NCBI GenBank assembly: GCA_038817885.1
Contig: JAWAZE010000002.1
Span: 13,862 to 77,861 of the forward strand
Direction of reading: 5' to 3'
Source of the DNA: Candidatus Bathyarchaeia archaeon
GTDB taxonomy: Archaea > Thermoproteota > Bathyarchaeia > Bathyarchaeales > DTEX01
DNA length: 64,000 nucleotides
The notes under the pieces were generated by a model. That model had not been told where the DNA came from. It ran no database searches and saw only the letters and a list, made by a program, of their open reading frames with translations. Every line of letters begins with the position of its first letter. The stretch's first letter is position 1. The position numbers and the translations under genes are program-made. Below, piece by piece: positions 38,104 to 48,596 of the stretch.

Positions 38104-40044
38104 ATGAGAAAAGTGATTAGAATCGCGTTAGCGGGAAACGCGAATGTTGGAAAATCTGTAATATTTAATCAGTTAACTGGGCTTCATCAGCACGTTGGCA
38201 ACTGGCCTGGAAAAACTGTTGAAAGAGCTGATGGAACCCTCCATTTTAAGGGTTATACGATCGATATAATTGATTTACCAGGCATATATTCACTGTCAAC
38301 TTTCTCACTTGAAGAGCTGATCTCTAGAGAATATATAGTTGATGAGAAGCCGGATGTTGTGATAAATGTTGTTGATGCATCTATTCTGGAGAGAAACCTT
38401 TTCTTCACGCTCCAGCTAATGGAGCTTGAGACACCATTAATTATAGCCCTCAACCAAATAGATGTCGCTGAGAGGAAGGGGATAAAGATAGACTATAAGA
38501 GACTTGAGGAGATGCTGGGGGTACCAGTCGTTCCAATGGTTGCCATTAGAGGCAAAGGTATACATGAACTGCTATGTAGTATAATCGAGGGCTTCGAAGG
38601 GAGCTTTAGGAAACCATCTCCCATAAGATATGGTAGCGAGATTGAAGCAAGAATACAAAAGTTAGAGGAGATTTTAAGGAGCGCCGGCTTAAAGTATCCG
38701 CTCAGATGGACTGCCATAAAGCTTCTTGAAGGCGATGAAGAGGTTATAAAAGAGGTTAGGGCGGTAAGACCCGAGGCTCTAACGCTATCTGAGAAATTGG
38801 CTAGGGAAATAGAGGAGATACATGGTCACCCCTGCCCGACAGTTATTGCATCAGAGCGATATGAGGCTGCTGGCAAAATTGCTAGAGAAGTTCAACGGAT
38901 TCTTCCAACAATAAGGATCCCATTAAGTGACAGAATAGACCACTTAACAACACACAAAGTTTATGGTTATATTATAATGGTTGGGGCGCTCTTAGTGATT
39001 TTCTACACGATTTTCAACCTCGGCAGCCTCCTCTCAGAATACCTTACTAACATGTTTTATGGTTATAAGATGCTCCTCGAAACGATTTTTGGGTCGGGAT
39101 TATTAAAGGATCTGGCTTGGGGCGGACTTTTGGAGGGGATTATAGCAACGATAACCATAGCATTACCATACATAATCCCATTCTACATAATACTCTACAC
39201 CCTAGAGGACTCCGGTTATCTTACCAGAATAGCCTTTTTAATGGACATATTCATGCATAAAATTGGATTGCATGGCAAAACCTTTATCCCCCTGATGCTC
39301 AGCTACGGATGCAATGTTCCGGCATGCTTGGGCTGCAGAATAATGGAGACTGAGAGGGAGAGGCTTATAGCGGGCTTCGTGGTTACACTGATTCCGTGCG
39401 CAGCCCGCACTGTCGTAATACTCGGGCTTGTTGGAAGATACCTTGGGATAAGTTGGGCTCTATCTCTATATGTGATAGATTTAGCCGTAGTATTCCTCCT
39501 AGGCAGGGTGGCTTTTAAGGTTCTCCCAGGGGAAGCGATGGCGCTTATAATGGAGATGCCGGAGTATAGAGTGCCGCATTTAAAAACGATTGTTAAACAG
39601 ACGTGGTTTAGGCTCAAAGAGTTCTTAGAGATAGCCTTGCCTGTGATAATTGTCAGCAACCTAATAATTAAGGTGATAGAGTCTTTAGGCGCATTATCCA
39701 TCCTCTCAAGGACGATGAGTCCAATAACTGTAATTTGGCTTGGATTGCCTGAGATAACCGGCGTACTGCTGATATTTGGCGTCTTGAGAAAGGAGCTTAC
39801 CTTAGTACTACTCGCGGCTCTGCTCGGCACAGAAAAAATTCACGAATATTTTACACCGCTCCAAATGTTTACATTCTCGCTGGTAATGATGCTTTATGTG
39901 CCTTGCGTCGCAACAATAGCTGCATGTATCAAAGAGTTCGGTTGGAAGAAGGCGATAATAATAGCGGTTGTTGAGATCCTCTTCGCAATCCTTGTAGGAG
40001 GTTTAGTCTCTAGGATACTTGCGGCACTAAATATACTCAAATGA
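38104..40044 (+). CDS. feoB: FeoB ferrous iron transporter (G-domain plus polytopic membrane domain)
   Basis: 646 aa. G1 GNANVGKS, G3 DLPG, NQID (G4), then about 8-10 TM helices containing gate-motif cysteines. Confidence 0.9.
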   Translation: MRKVIRIALAGNANVGKSVIFNQLTGLHQHVGNWPGKTVERADGTLHFKGYTIDIIDLPGIYSLSTFSLEELISREYIVDEKPDVVINVVDASILERNLFFTLQLMELETPLIIALNQIDVAERKGIKIDYKRLEEMLGVPVVPMVAIRGKGIHELLCSIIEGFEGSFRKPSPIRYGSEIEARIQKLEEILRSAGLKYPLRWTAIKLLEGDEEVIKEVRAVRPEALTLSEKLAREIEEIHGHPCPTVIASERYEAAGKIAREVQRILPTIRIPLSDRIDHLTTHKVYGYIIMVGALLVIFYTIFNLGSLLSEYLTNMFYGYKMLLETIFGSGLLKDLAWGGLLEGIIATITIALPYIIPFYIILYTLEDSGYLTRIAFLMDIFMHKIGLHGKTFIPLMLSYGCNVPACLGCRIMETERERLIAGFVVTLIPCAARTVVILGLVGRYLGISWALSLYVIDLAVVFLLGRVAFKVLPGEAMALIMEMPEYRVPHLKTIVKQTWFRLKEFLEIALPVIIVSNLIIKVIESLGALSILSRTMSPITVIWLGLPEITGVLLIFGVLRKELTLVLLAALLGTEKIHEYFTPLQMFTFSLVMMLYVPCVATIAACIKEFGWKKAIIIAVVEILFAILVGGLVSRILAALNILK

Positions 40045-40248
40045 GGATCATTAAAAAGAGACTAATAAATCTTAATCCTCAGAAATATTTATGCTGGTGG
40101 GATAAATCCGATGGGGAAGTTAGGAAGTGATGTAAGGCTCTTGTTAAGGATCTCAGGGAGAAGAGATATAACGTTAAGCAGATATCTGAGAGCCTAAATG
40201 TGCCGCTGAAGATTGTTTATAGATGGCTTGCTGAATTATAGGGCGTCT

Positions 40249-41346
40249 CTAGATTATCTTAGGTACTGTTTTCCGCGCGGTTAGCGCCCATATTCTACAT
40301 GTTCCCTCTATGCCAACCATGCATGATCCAACAGGCTTTTGCGGCGTGCAAGCCTTCATGAATAGTGGGCACTCTGTGGGCACAATCTTTCCTATTATAA
40401 CTAGGTGGCATTGGCATCCCGGCGGAATATCCCTTCCCCCCTTGACTCTAATATCATATTTCTCGTGAGCATCATACTCCATGTATTCTTCATTAAGAGC
40501 TAACGCTGAGTTCGGTATTCTTCCAAGACCCCGCCAGTTCCCGCTAACAACTTTAAAGACCTTTCTCATCAATTCTTTGGCTTTAACATTGCCTTCCCAC
40601 CTTACAGCTCGACTATACTCGTTCTCTAGGACAGCTATTCGGTTTCTGATCTGTTTTAAAGCCATATATATTGCGAGTAGAACATCTATTGGTTCAAAAC
40701 CAGCAATGATCGTTGGCATTCGATAAACTTTTGGAAATATTTCATAAGGTTCTAAGCCTATGATCGTACTGACATGTCCTGGGGCTATGAAGGCATCTAT
40801 ATATAGATCACCTATGCCCAACATAAGCTCCATAGCTGGCGGGATAAGCCTATGAGATATCAAGAAACTGAGATTTCTCGGCGGCCTCCTGAGTATCTCG
40901 GAGGCGGTTGATGGCGCGGTCGTCTCAAAGCCTATTGCGAAGAAAACAAAGTCTTTTTTATGTTCCTTTTCAGCCATTTTCACTGCATCCATGGCGCTAT
41001 AGACTATTCGGACATCCGCCCCACTAGCCTTAGCATCTATGGGGGACATGCTGGTTCCCGGAACTCGGACAGCATCCCCAAAGCATATGAGCGTAACTCC
41101 TTTTAACGCTATTTCTATTGCCTCATCAACCTCAGAGGCCGGCACAATACATACTGGGCAGCCTGGACCGGCTATAACGTTAACATTTTCCGGCAGTAGG
41201 CTTCTTATACCATAATGTGATATAGTCCACTCGTGCGTCCCACATACATGACAGATTTTTATAGAATCCCTCTTAGGCGCTATCTCATGTATTTTTTCAA
41301 CTATTCTCCTCGCGAGTTTCGGATCCCTAAAATCTTCTAGGAGCAT
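40249..41346 (-). CDS. hypD: HypD [NiFe] hydrogenase maturation protein
   Basis: Start placed at ATG 41346 (MLLEDFRDPKLARRIVEKI), which shares 1 nt with the hypC stop (TAATG). Motifs CHVCGTHE, GPGCPVCI, FETT, and the C-terminal Cys cluster CxxH...PGCQC. Confidence 0.9.
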   Translation of the reverse strand: MLLEDFRDPKLARRIVEKIHEIAPKRDSIKICHVCGTHEWTISHYGIRSLLPENVNVIAGPGCPVCIVPASEVDEAIEIALKGVTLICFGDAVRVPGTSMSPIDAKASGADVRIVYSAMDAVKMAEKEHKKDFVFFAIGFETTAPSTASEILRRPPRNLSFLISHRLIPPAMELMLGIGDLYIDAFIAPGHVSTIIGLEPYEIFPKVYRMPTIIAGFEPIDVLLAIYMALKQIRNRIAVLENEYSRAVRWEGNVKAKELMRKVFKVVSGNWRGLGRIPNSALALNEEYMEYDAHEKYDIRVKGGRDIPPGCQCHLVIIGKIVPTECPLFMKACTPQKPVGSCMVGIEGTCRIWALTARKTVPKII

Positions 41347-41576
41347 TATTCTCTCGACCTTTCCATCCCCAGAATCTCCTTCCATAACATTAGAGTTTCC
41401 TCAGCCTCCTCCTTATCTAAAACCTGTATTGCGTACCCCGCATGAACGAGAACGTAATCGCCAACTTTGGTATCCACAAGCGATATGTTTGCCTCCCTAA
41501 TCACCCCGCCGCCAAAATCAACTTTAGCCAACTCGCCGTTTATCTCAATAACCCTTGCGGGAACGGCTAAGCACAT
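41346..41576 (-). CDS. hypC: HypC/HupF hydrogenase assembly chaperone
   Basis: 76 aa. The invariant MCLAVPARV N-terminus. Confidence 0.9.
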   Translation of the reverse strand: MCLAVPARVIEINGELAKVDFGGGVIREANISLVDTKVGDYVLVHAGYAIQVLDKEEAEETLMLWKEILGMERSRE

Positions 41577-41750
41577 CCCTCAGTCTCCTTAAGATATAAA
41601 GAGGGTGAAAATAAATATTTTCTTCAAACCCCACAAAATTGATTCAGGAATCAGAGGGAAATTCTTCTGTAAAAGTGCTTTTGCTGCATTGGGTATTTTA
41701 GATATCTTTAAGTCATTATATCTTCATTTTAATATGCGGAGGTCTCTCTT

Positions 41751-42692
41751 TTGAGATATAAGGTTAAGTTGATTTCTATCAAAGAAAAGGATAGGTTAAT
41801 GGAAAAGTATGGCGATCGTTTCCTCTATGAAGTTAAGGCTGACATTTATGGTTGCTGCATTAAGCTCCTCACCGATATAAGGTATGTTAAGGAGCGGTGG
41901 GAAGAGAGTTTTTATCCAATGTCAGCGAATATCCGCTCCCATGGAAGATTAGTGGTTACAAATGAAGCAGACAGGGAAATGCATGTACTCTACGACCCAC
42001 TATCAAAAACATCCTTCTTAATAAATGTAGATTATTATGGCTGGATTAAATCAATAGCCTTAAGCGTGGCTGGTGACATCCTAGAGGACGAGCATGGCAT
42101 AAACTCCGTTCATGGCGCGTGCGTTGATGTAGGGGGACAGGGAATTTGCCTAATAGCTCCACCAGGCACAGGAAAAACAACACATACATATGGACTTTTA
42201 AGATTTAAGGGAATACGCGTCGTTTCAGACGACTGGTTTTTTGTGCGTTTAATGGGCGACGAAGCCCTCGCATTTGCCTCAGAAAAGAACTTTTACATTC
42301 AGGCGGATATAGCTGATATTTGGGGTGAGTATAAAAGCCTGGTTGATAAGGCTGAGTTTGACCCGATGGGCAGAGCCGTGGTGAATGTCAGGTGGATCGT
42401 TGGAAAGGGGAAGATTCTTCCAATGACAACCCTGAAAAAAGCTATAATTTTAAAGCGGGATCAAGGGGACAAGACGGTCTTCGGCAAAATCTCATCAAGT
42501 GAGGCTATGGCTTGCGTAGAGCCCTTTAACTTCTGTAACCCCCATCTATTGGTGAAGGATGAGCGGAAAACAAATTTAAGGAGAAGGTTCTTCGAAAAAC
42601 TCTTCAGTCTCTTAGACACCTATATTGTGAACACTGCTGCACCAATATCGGAGACTCATAGGGCGATTAGAGAGGAGATTTTAGGCTTATAG
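41751..42692 (+). CDS. Hypothetical P-loop protein with HPr-kinase/PEP-carboxykinase-like nucleotide-binding motif
   Basis: 313 aa. HGACVDVGGQGICLIAPPGTGKTTHTYGLL...VSDDWFFV resembles the HprK C-domain/PEPCK P-loop followed by Asp-Asp. Otherwise unrecognised. Confidence 0.45.
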   Translation: MRYKVKLISIKEKDRLMEKYGDRFLYEVKADIYGCCIKLLTDIRYVKERWEESFYPMSANIRSHGRLVVTNEADREMHVLYDPLSKTSFLINVDYYGWIKSIALSVAGDILEDEHGINSVHGACVDVGGQGICLIAPPGTGKTTHTYGLLRFKGIRVVSDDWFFVRLMGDEALAFASEKNFYIQADIADIWGEYKSLVDKAEFDPMGRAVVNVRWIVGKGKILPMTTLKKAIILKRDQGDKTVFGKISSSEAMACVEPFNFCNPHLLVKDERKTNLRRRFFEKLFSLLDTYIVNTAAPISETHRAIREEILGL

Positions 42693-42711
42693 GAGGCAGC
42701 CGAGCCAAATG

Positions 42712-44988
42712 TTAAGAGAACGATGCCACAACAGCTTGGCCGAAGGATAACCCTCCATCTCCGGGCGGCAGGATCTCATGGACGAAAAAGTTTAATCCAT
42801 TCATCTCAACCAATCTATGTATCTCTTCGGCGATTATCTGGTTGCATGCAACCCCCCCAGTGAAACCAACATCTTTCACACCATATTCTGCGGCCAGATG
42901 AACTGCTAGCTGAGCTAAACCCCTAGCCAAGTAACAGTGAAGAGAGTAGGCTAAATCCCTTCTAGAATAATTATTTCTCTCCTCAAATAGTGAGACTATT
43001 ATGTCCGTCGTCTTCAGTTTAGTGCCGCCAATTTGCGGTTTAATATTAATAACATTTCTTCCATGAATTGCCGCCGACTCAAGCCTCATTGCCGGTTCAC
43101 CCTCATACGTTCTTTCATAACATATGCCTAAGATTGCTGAGGCAGCGTCTAAAACTCTGCCGCAACTGGTAGTCTTAATCTTAATTTCCCCCTTCTTGAG
43201 CTGCGAGAGTATTAACTGGGCTTCCCTGACACCATAGGGTAAATTAATGCTGTTCTCCATAAGCCAATCCTCTATATTCACATGTTTATAAAGTATGCCG
43301 GCCGCAATTCTAAGCGGATACTTTGTAGCCAAATCTCCTCCAAGGAGCGGCTGCTCCTCTAAATGGCCAAGGCGCTTAAACTCTAGCGGGCTAATCGAGC
43401 CAAATATTATCTCTCCGCCCCACGCACCACCGTCTTGGCCGTAACCATAACCATCACAGCATATGGCTATGATCTCGGTTAGGCCATGTTCAGCCATTAA
43501 AGCCGCCGCATGAGCATAGTGATGCTGGGCTTGAAGCATTTGCCAACCATGTTCTTCAGAGAGTCTTTTAGCAAGCATAGTTGTAGCGAACTTTGGGTGT
43601 AGATCACATGCGACCACCTCAACATTGCTGTTAGTTAAACGTATTAGCCTCTTAGACGCGTGCTCAAGGAACTCTAAGGTTTCGAGGTTCTCAACATCAC
43701 CTATGTGCTGTGAAAGGAAAGCCTTATCGCCCGCTACTAAACATGCAGTATTATTCTTTTCACCCCCCAGACCCAGCGCACAGCGTCTAGCTTTAAACTT
43801 TAATCTAATCGGCTCAGGCGCATATCCCCTCGACCGCCTTATGAAGACAGTTTTATTTCCATGTAAGCGTAGGACAGAGTCGTCGCATCTATGAGCTATC
43901 CGCCTATTATGCAGTAAAAAGTAGTCTGCTAGACCGCGTAATTTCTTAAATGCTTCCTCATCGTCCTTAATTATCGGCTGGTTCGGCGGGTTGGCGCTAG
44001 TCATAACGAAGGCTGGGTCAGAAACCCAGTCAAAGAGCATATAGTGCAGTCCAGTATATGGGAGCATGACACCAATATTATGTAAGCCAGGTGAAACCAT
44101 GCCGGAAAGATAATAATCCTCACTCTTCTCCAATAGAACTATTGGGCGCGTATAGGATGTTAAGACAGCCTCCTCCCACGGGCTGACGTGAGCAAAGGTT
44201 TTAACCGCCTCTAGGCTCCTAGCCATTATCGCAAATGGTTTTTGTCTTCTGTGTTTCGCCATCCTAATCCTTTTAAGCGGATTCTCTAGGAGCGTTGAGG
44301 CAGCAATATGAAAGCCCCCATAACCCTTCACGGCAACAATATATCCTTCTGAAACTAATTTTCCAGATTCTCTGATCGGATCTCCGCACTTAACCCCCTC
44401 GCCATCAGCGCTCACTAAATATGCTTTCGGACCACATCTGGGACACGCAATGGTTTGCGCATGAAACCTCCTATTGGCTGGATCCATATACTCTGATCTG
44501 CAGAAATCGCACATCTGGAAATCGCGCATCGTAGTATTCTCTCTATCATATGGAACATCCTCTATTATTGTATATCTTGGCCCACAGTTCACGCATGTTA
44601 TGAAAAAGTAATCGTATCTCGGGTCCGCCGGGCTGCGCATCTCCATGAGACATTCATCGCACATAGCTATATCTGGCGGTACAACCGAGCCCGATAACTC
44701 GGTCTCCTCAGAACTCCTATATATGCTAAAACCACTATAATCTTCTCCGGACTCTTTAATCGGCGTGATTATAACATCGTGTATTCTGGCCAATGGTGGC
44801 TTCTTATCAATAAGATCCCTTAAAAAATTCTTTATGTTCTGATCTGCACCATCAACAACTATCTCTACACATGAATCTCCCCTATTCCTAACGTAGCCTT
44901 TTAAATGATTTTTAACCGCAATTCTGTATATGAATGGGCGGAAACCAACCCCTTGAACTATGCCTGAAACAATTACTTTTAAACGCAT
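42712..44988 (-). CDS. hypF: HypF carbamoyltransferase for [NiFe] hydrogenase CN ligand synthesis
   Basis: 758 aa. Acylphosphatase-like N-terminus (GIVQGVGFRPFIYR), two zinc-finger pairs (CDECLMEM...CVNCGPRY, CDFCRSEY...CPRCGPK), then YrdC-like and Kae1-like domains. Confidence 0.9.
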   Translation of the reverse strand: MRLKVIVSGIVQGVGFRPFIYRIAVKNHLKGYVRNRGDSCVEIVVDGADQNIKNFLRDLIDKKPPLARIHDVIITPIKESGEDYSGFSIYRSSEETELSGSVVPPDIAMCDECLMEMRSPADPRYDYFFITCVNCGPRYTIIEDVPYDRENTTMRDFQMCDFCRSEYMDPANRRFHAQTIACPRCGPKAYLVSADGEGVKCGDPIRESGKLVSEGYIVAVKGYGGFHIAASTLLENPLKRIRMAKHRRQKPFAIMARSLEAVKTFAHVSPWEEAVLTSYTRPIVLLEKSEDYYLSGMVSPGLHNIGVMLPYTGLHYMLFDWVSDPAFVMTSANPPNQPIIKDDEEAFKKLRGLADYFLLHNRRIAHRCDDSVLRLHGNKTVFIRRSRGYAPEPIRLKFKARRCALGLGGEKNNTACLVAGDKAFLSQHIGDVENLETLEFLEHASKRLIRLTNSNVEVVACDLHPKFATTMLAKRLSEEHGWQMLQAQHHYAHAAALMAEHGLTEIIAICCDGYGYGQDGGAWGGEIIFGSISPLEFKRLGHLEEQPLLGGDLATKYPLRIAAGILYKHVNIEDWLMENSINLPYGVREAQLILSQLKKGEIKIKTTSCGRVLDAASAILGICYERTYEGEPAMRLESAAIHGRNVINIKPQIGGTKLKTTDIIVSLFEERNNYSRRDLAYSLHCYLARGLAQLAVHLAAEYGVKDVGFTGGVACNQIIAEEIHRLVEMNGLNFFVHEILPPGDGGLSFGQAVVASFS

Positions 44989-45048
44989 AACTCAAATTAT
45001 CCTTAATAAAGGTTAAATATTGATTAAAGGGAAGGTTCTCGTTGAAGC

Positions 45049-45939
45049 TTATTTGGGTGTTTGAACCTTTTCTAGGACCTTTATGGGTTTCACACGTAAT
45101 TCGTCGAAACCAAGCTCCTCAGGTTGCATGCCCATCGCTAACCCGAGAAGCTGCGTGTAATGTAATACTGGGATACCATACTTCTCACCGAAAATCTTTT
45201 CGACCCGCGTTTGATTAGCATCATACATTATGTGGCAGGCTGGACATACAGTTACTAGTGCATCAGCCTCAGAATCTTTGACGTGAAGGAGCTTCTCTCT
45301 AGCGAGGGACAGTGATATCTTATCGTCTATGGCGGCTATAGTCGAACCGCAGCACTCGGTCTCACCCATATACTCGATAGGCTTTGCCCCGGTCACGCTG
45401 ATGAGCGTTTTCAAGACTTTTGGATCCTCAGGATCCTCAAACTCAATATACTTCTTTGGTCTCGAGAGATGGCACCCGCTATGCCCAGCAACCCTAAGAT
45501 TCTTAAGCGGCCTAGTGACAGCCTTCTTAATTCTGTCTAACCCGATATCCTCAATTAAAGCTTGGGATATATGCTTAACGTTTATGCTTCCCTTAAACTC
45601 TAAGCCGGCTTCCTTCAAATGCTTATTAATTTCCTCTCTAAGCGTCTTATCCCCTTTAAGGATCTTGTTAGTCTTCTTCAATGTACCAGCACAGCCAGGA
45701 CAGAGAGTTAAAATGTTTAAGCCAGTTTGTTCTGCTACAGCGAGGTTTCTCGCAGACAATATAAGCATTAGCTCGTGGCTTAGGGGTTCAAGTGGAAGGC
45801 CGCAACAATTGAATTCTGGCATCTCAGCTAGCTCTACACCTAGTCTACTCAAGACTTTTCTTGCAGAGATCTCGTAGGAAGAGACTCTATATGGGATGGC
45901 GCAGCCTAGATAAAATAAATATTTCTGGCTCATACCCAA
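45049..45939 (-). CDS. HdrB-like protein with two CCG domains (copy 2)
   Basis: 296 aa. Two repeats of the CCG pattern: LGCAIPY...FNCCGLP...LCPGC and SGCHLSR...TECCGST...VCPAC. Start overlaps the hdrC-like stop. Confidence 0.8.
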   Translation of the reverse strand: MGMSQKYLFYLGCAIPYRVSSYEISARKVLSRLGVELAEMPEFNCCGLPLEPLSHELMLILSARNLAVAEQTGLNILTLCPGCAGTLKKTNKILKGDKTLREEINKHLKEAGLEFKGSINVKHISQALIEDIGLDRIKKAVTRPLKNLRVAGHSGCHLSRPKKYIEFEDPEDPKVLKTLISVTGAKPIEYMGETECCGSTIAAIDDKISLSLAREKLLHVKDSEADALVTVCPACHIMYDANQTRVEKIFGEKYGIPVLHYTQLLGLAMGMQPEELGFDELRVKPIKVLEKVQTPK

Positions 45940-46478
45940 ACCTCTCCGCGCTTCTTAGGCTCTCCTCCGAGGAATTTTTCAATACCTATGTTCTGGAGGG
46001 ACTTATTTAGGCTCTCAAGGTTAACTTTTGGTAGCGGCGGGAGGCCAAGAGCTTCGCGCCTCTTAATCCTCGATTCCGGTATCTCATAGATATAACCAGT
46101 TTTAATGAGGGTTCCTAGGAGAGCCTTATATACCTCTGGTATCTGACCCTCCATTACAGCCATATTCTTTAATATTCTTATCACGCTTGCAACCTCAATC
46201 CCTTGCGGGCACCTATCAGTACATGTAAAACACGATGCACAGAGCCATAGGAAGCCACTGCCTAAAACCTTCTCCCGCAGCCCCAGCTGAACCATCCTAA
46301 TAATTTTTCTAGGTCTATACTTATCGCTAAACCTTGCAACCGGGCAGTCGGATGTGCATGTTCCACATTGGAAGCACTGCAGAAGCTTTTCCCCGCCCGG
46401 TATCTTAAGGACTTCATACTTAAACTTTGGATCTATCTTGGAGTATGCTGATACACCTTCTCTACTCGCTTCAGACAA
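45930..46478 (-). CDS. HdrC-like 2x[4Fe-4S] protein
   Basis: 182 aa. CFQCGTCTSDCP and CASCFTCTDRCP cluster motifs at HdrC-type spacing. Confidence 0.8.
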   Translation of the reverse strand: MSEASREGVSAYSKIDPKFKYEVLKIPGGEKLLQCFQCGTCTSDCPVARFSDKYRPRKIIRMVQLGLREKVLGSGFLWLCASCFTCTDRCPQGIEVASVIRILKNMAVMEGQIPEVYKALLGTLIKTGYIYEIPESRIKRREALGLPPLPKVNLESLNKSLQNIGIEKFLGGEPKKRGEVWV

Positions 46479-46553
46479 TTTTAGTCCTCCGGGGATCTTT
46501 GACTTATTTTAATAAAGAAAAAAGGTGGGATAAAAATATGCCTTTTTAGCATG

Positions 46554-47450
46554 CTAAAGTCTTCTAGCCCTTTCTGAGAGACTTGTAAGGAGACTCTTCG
46601 CTCTCTTTATGTTCTCTATTTTTCTCCGGCAGTTTAAGCATATCTTCATCGAATTATAGATGTTGCCGCCGTACTCCTTATACATTGGGACCTTCTCCTC
46701 AACCACGCGCTTTAATGCCCAGTCTATCTGCTTCTGTGGGAAGAACGTTCCGCCACATATAGCGCATTTGAGTAAATCTACCTCATTCTCAACCCTAGCG
46801 GTCTGCGGATCATTTGTCAGCAGGTGGTATGTTCTAGTGAGCCTCAGCGCCTGTGCTGGGCACTCGTCTTGGCAGAAGGCGCAGAAGGTGCAGTGTCCAT
46901 ACTTAATCCTAACAATCCTTTTATCGGGGCCATCAATAATATCTATTGCGTCGCCAGTGCAGATCTGGGAGCAGGCGCCACATCCAATACACTTCTCCTT
47001 ATCAAATTCATGCTTACCCCTGAATCCCTCAGGCGTCTGCCAGAAATCCTCCCTCTCCTCGATCCTCGCACCAAGTATGTCGGCTACAGCCTTAATTATC
47101 GCTTGTGGGCGGGGCGGGCACCCGGGAATATAGTAATTAACTGGTATAAGCTTGTTGGGCGGGCCGACTATTGGATAGCCCTTCTCGAAGATGTTCGACG
47201 TTATCGAGCAGTTCCCGACGGCAATCACTATTTTAGGTGGGTTAATCTTTTTGTACACTTCCAGCAGAGCATCCCTGCCCTTAACAGTCCCGGCGCCAGT
47301 TAAAATTAGAACGTTAGCCTTCTCCGGCTCCTCAACAACCTCAACGCCTAGATCTGCGATCTTATAACGCGGGACAAGGCATTCTAATATCTCCACATCA
47401 CATGCATTACAGCCAGCGGATAGGAAACGATAAACGGAAATCTTACCCAC
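46554..47450 (-). CDS. [NiFe] hydrogenase small subunit (NuoB/EchC type) fused to a 2x[4Fe-4S] NuoI/EchF-like domain and a C-terminal CxxC..CxxC ribbon
   Basis: 298 aa. NuoB-like cysteines GCNACDVE, VGNCS, IPGCPPRP; then CIGCGACSQIC and CTFCAFCQDECP; then CAICGG...CLNCRRK. Confidence 0.8.
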   Translation of the reverse strand: MGKISVYRFLSAGCNACDVEILECLVPRYKIADLGVEVVEEPEKANVLILTGAGTVKGRDALLEVYKKINPPKIVIAVGNCSITSNIFEKGYPIVGPPNKLIPVNYYIPGCPPRPQAIIKAVADILGARIEEREDFWQTPEGFRGKHEFDKEKCIGCGACSQICTGDAIDIIDGPDKRIVRIKYGHCTFCAFCQDECPAQALRLTRTYHLLTNDPQTARVENEVDLLKCAICGGTFFPQKQIDWALKRVVEEKVPMYKEYGGNIYNSMKICLNCRRKIENIKRAKSLLTSLSERARRL

Positions 47451-47464
47451 TCTAACACCCCCAA

Positions 47465-48592
47465 TTACTTTAAGGCCATAATCCTCCTCTTCCCCGTCTT
47501 AACATCGATAACTGCCACGCGGTCTGTGCAGGCGAAGCATGGGTCGATGCTCTCTATCACAGTTCTTGCGTTCTCAAGCTTTTCTCCGCGGAGCATTGCG
47601 AGAATAGCGAAATTATTTGCATATGAGGGCGTCCGAACCTTAACTCTCTCTGGGATATTTGTACCATTAGATCTAACATAGTAGATTAACTCTCCGCGCG
47701 GGGCCTCTACCCTACCGATCTCCTCACCAACCTTAGGCTCACCCGGCTTAACAACAATATCACCCGGCGGGAGGTTGTCGAGAGCCTGCTTAATAATCTT
47801 CATGCTCTCATAGTTCTCTCTCGCCCTGACAAGGGCTTTGGCGCGTACGTCTCCGTCCTTTTCTACTATAACCTCGAAGTCAAGTTTATCGTAGGCGGCG
47901 TACGGATCATCCTTCCTTATATCGCTAGGTACTCCGGAGCCCCTGAGCGTTGGACCGACAGCGCCAACCTCTATGGCTTTATCCCTCGGCAGTACTCCTA
48001 CGCCCCTAGTCTTTTTCGTGAAGATTCCGTTGTCACCTAGGAGCGACATTATATAATCGGATAAGGGAACGAGGGCCTTCAGAACCTTGCGTATCTTCTC
48101 GGCTTTCTCCGGCGTAATATCTCTGCGCACCCCCCCAATGGTGTTTATTGTATAGTTAATTCTGTTTCCAGTCAAGTATTCAAGCAAATCTTGGATTATT
48201 TCTCTCTCGCCCATTATCTTCGCGAAGGCTTCATGCTCATGTAGGCTGTGGGCTAGTATGCCGAACCATAGATAGTGGCTGTGTAGGCGCTCAAGCTCCA
48301 TATATATGGATCTGAGGAACTTAGCCCTCTCAGGAACCTCTATGCCCATCAGCCTCTCAACGGTCTGCACGTAACATAAAGTGTGTATCCCGCTGCATAT
48401 TCCGCATATCCTCTCCGCAAGCGCTATGTTCTGCATATATGTCCTAGTGGCGAATAGCTTCTCTATACCCCTATGCATGTAGCCTAGCTCCATCTTCGCA
48501 TCAATTATTTTATTTCCTTCAACTAAGAGCTCGAAGCGCTCAGGCTCAACGAGCTGCGGGCGGTATGGACCAATATAAATCTTCTCAGGCAT
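47465..48592 (-). CDS. [NiFe] hydrogenase large subunit, complex-I-related (group 4 type)
   Basis: 375 aa. N-terminal Ni-Fe motif RICGICSGIH and C-terminal DPCFACTDR, followed by a 17-aa extension (protease substrate). NuoD/EchE-like length. Confidence 0.85.
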   Translation of the reverse strand: MPEKIYIGPYRPQLVEPERFELLVEGNKIIDAKMELGYMHRGIEKLFATRTYMQNIALAERICGICSGIHTLCYVQTVERLMGIEVPERAKFLRSIYMELERLHSHYLWFGILAHSLHEHEAFAKIMGEREIIQDLLEYLTGNRINYTINTIGGVRRDITPEKAEKIRKVLKALVPLSDYIMSLLGDNGIFTKKTRGVGVLPRDKAIEVGAVGPTLRGSGVPSDIRKDDPYAAYDKLDFEVIVEKDGDVRAKALVRARENYESMKIIKQALDNLPPGDIVVKPGEPKVGEEIGRVEAPRGELIYYVRSNGTNIPERVKVRTPSYANNFAILAMLRGEKLENARTVIESIDPCFACTDRVAVIDVKTGKRRIMALK

Positions 48593-48596
48593 ACAA

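Noticed and set aside
40131-40241. 36-codon open frame encoding ...LVKDLREKRYNVKQISESLNVPLKIVYRWLAEL, resembling the helix-turn-helix of a small transposase/resolvase-type or regulatory protein, between feoB and hypD.
   Set aside because: A stop codon sits immediately upstream and the frame contains no start codon. The fragment is too short to assign, there are no terminal repeats, and no transposase catalytic domain is nearby. At most it is an unverifiable gene remnant.
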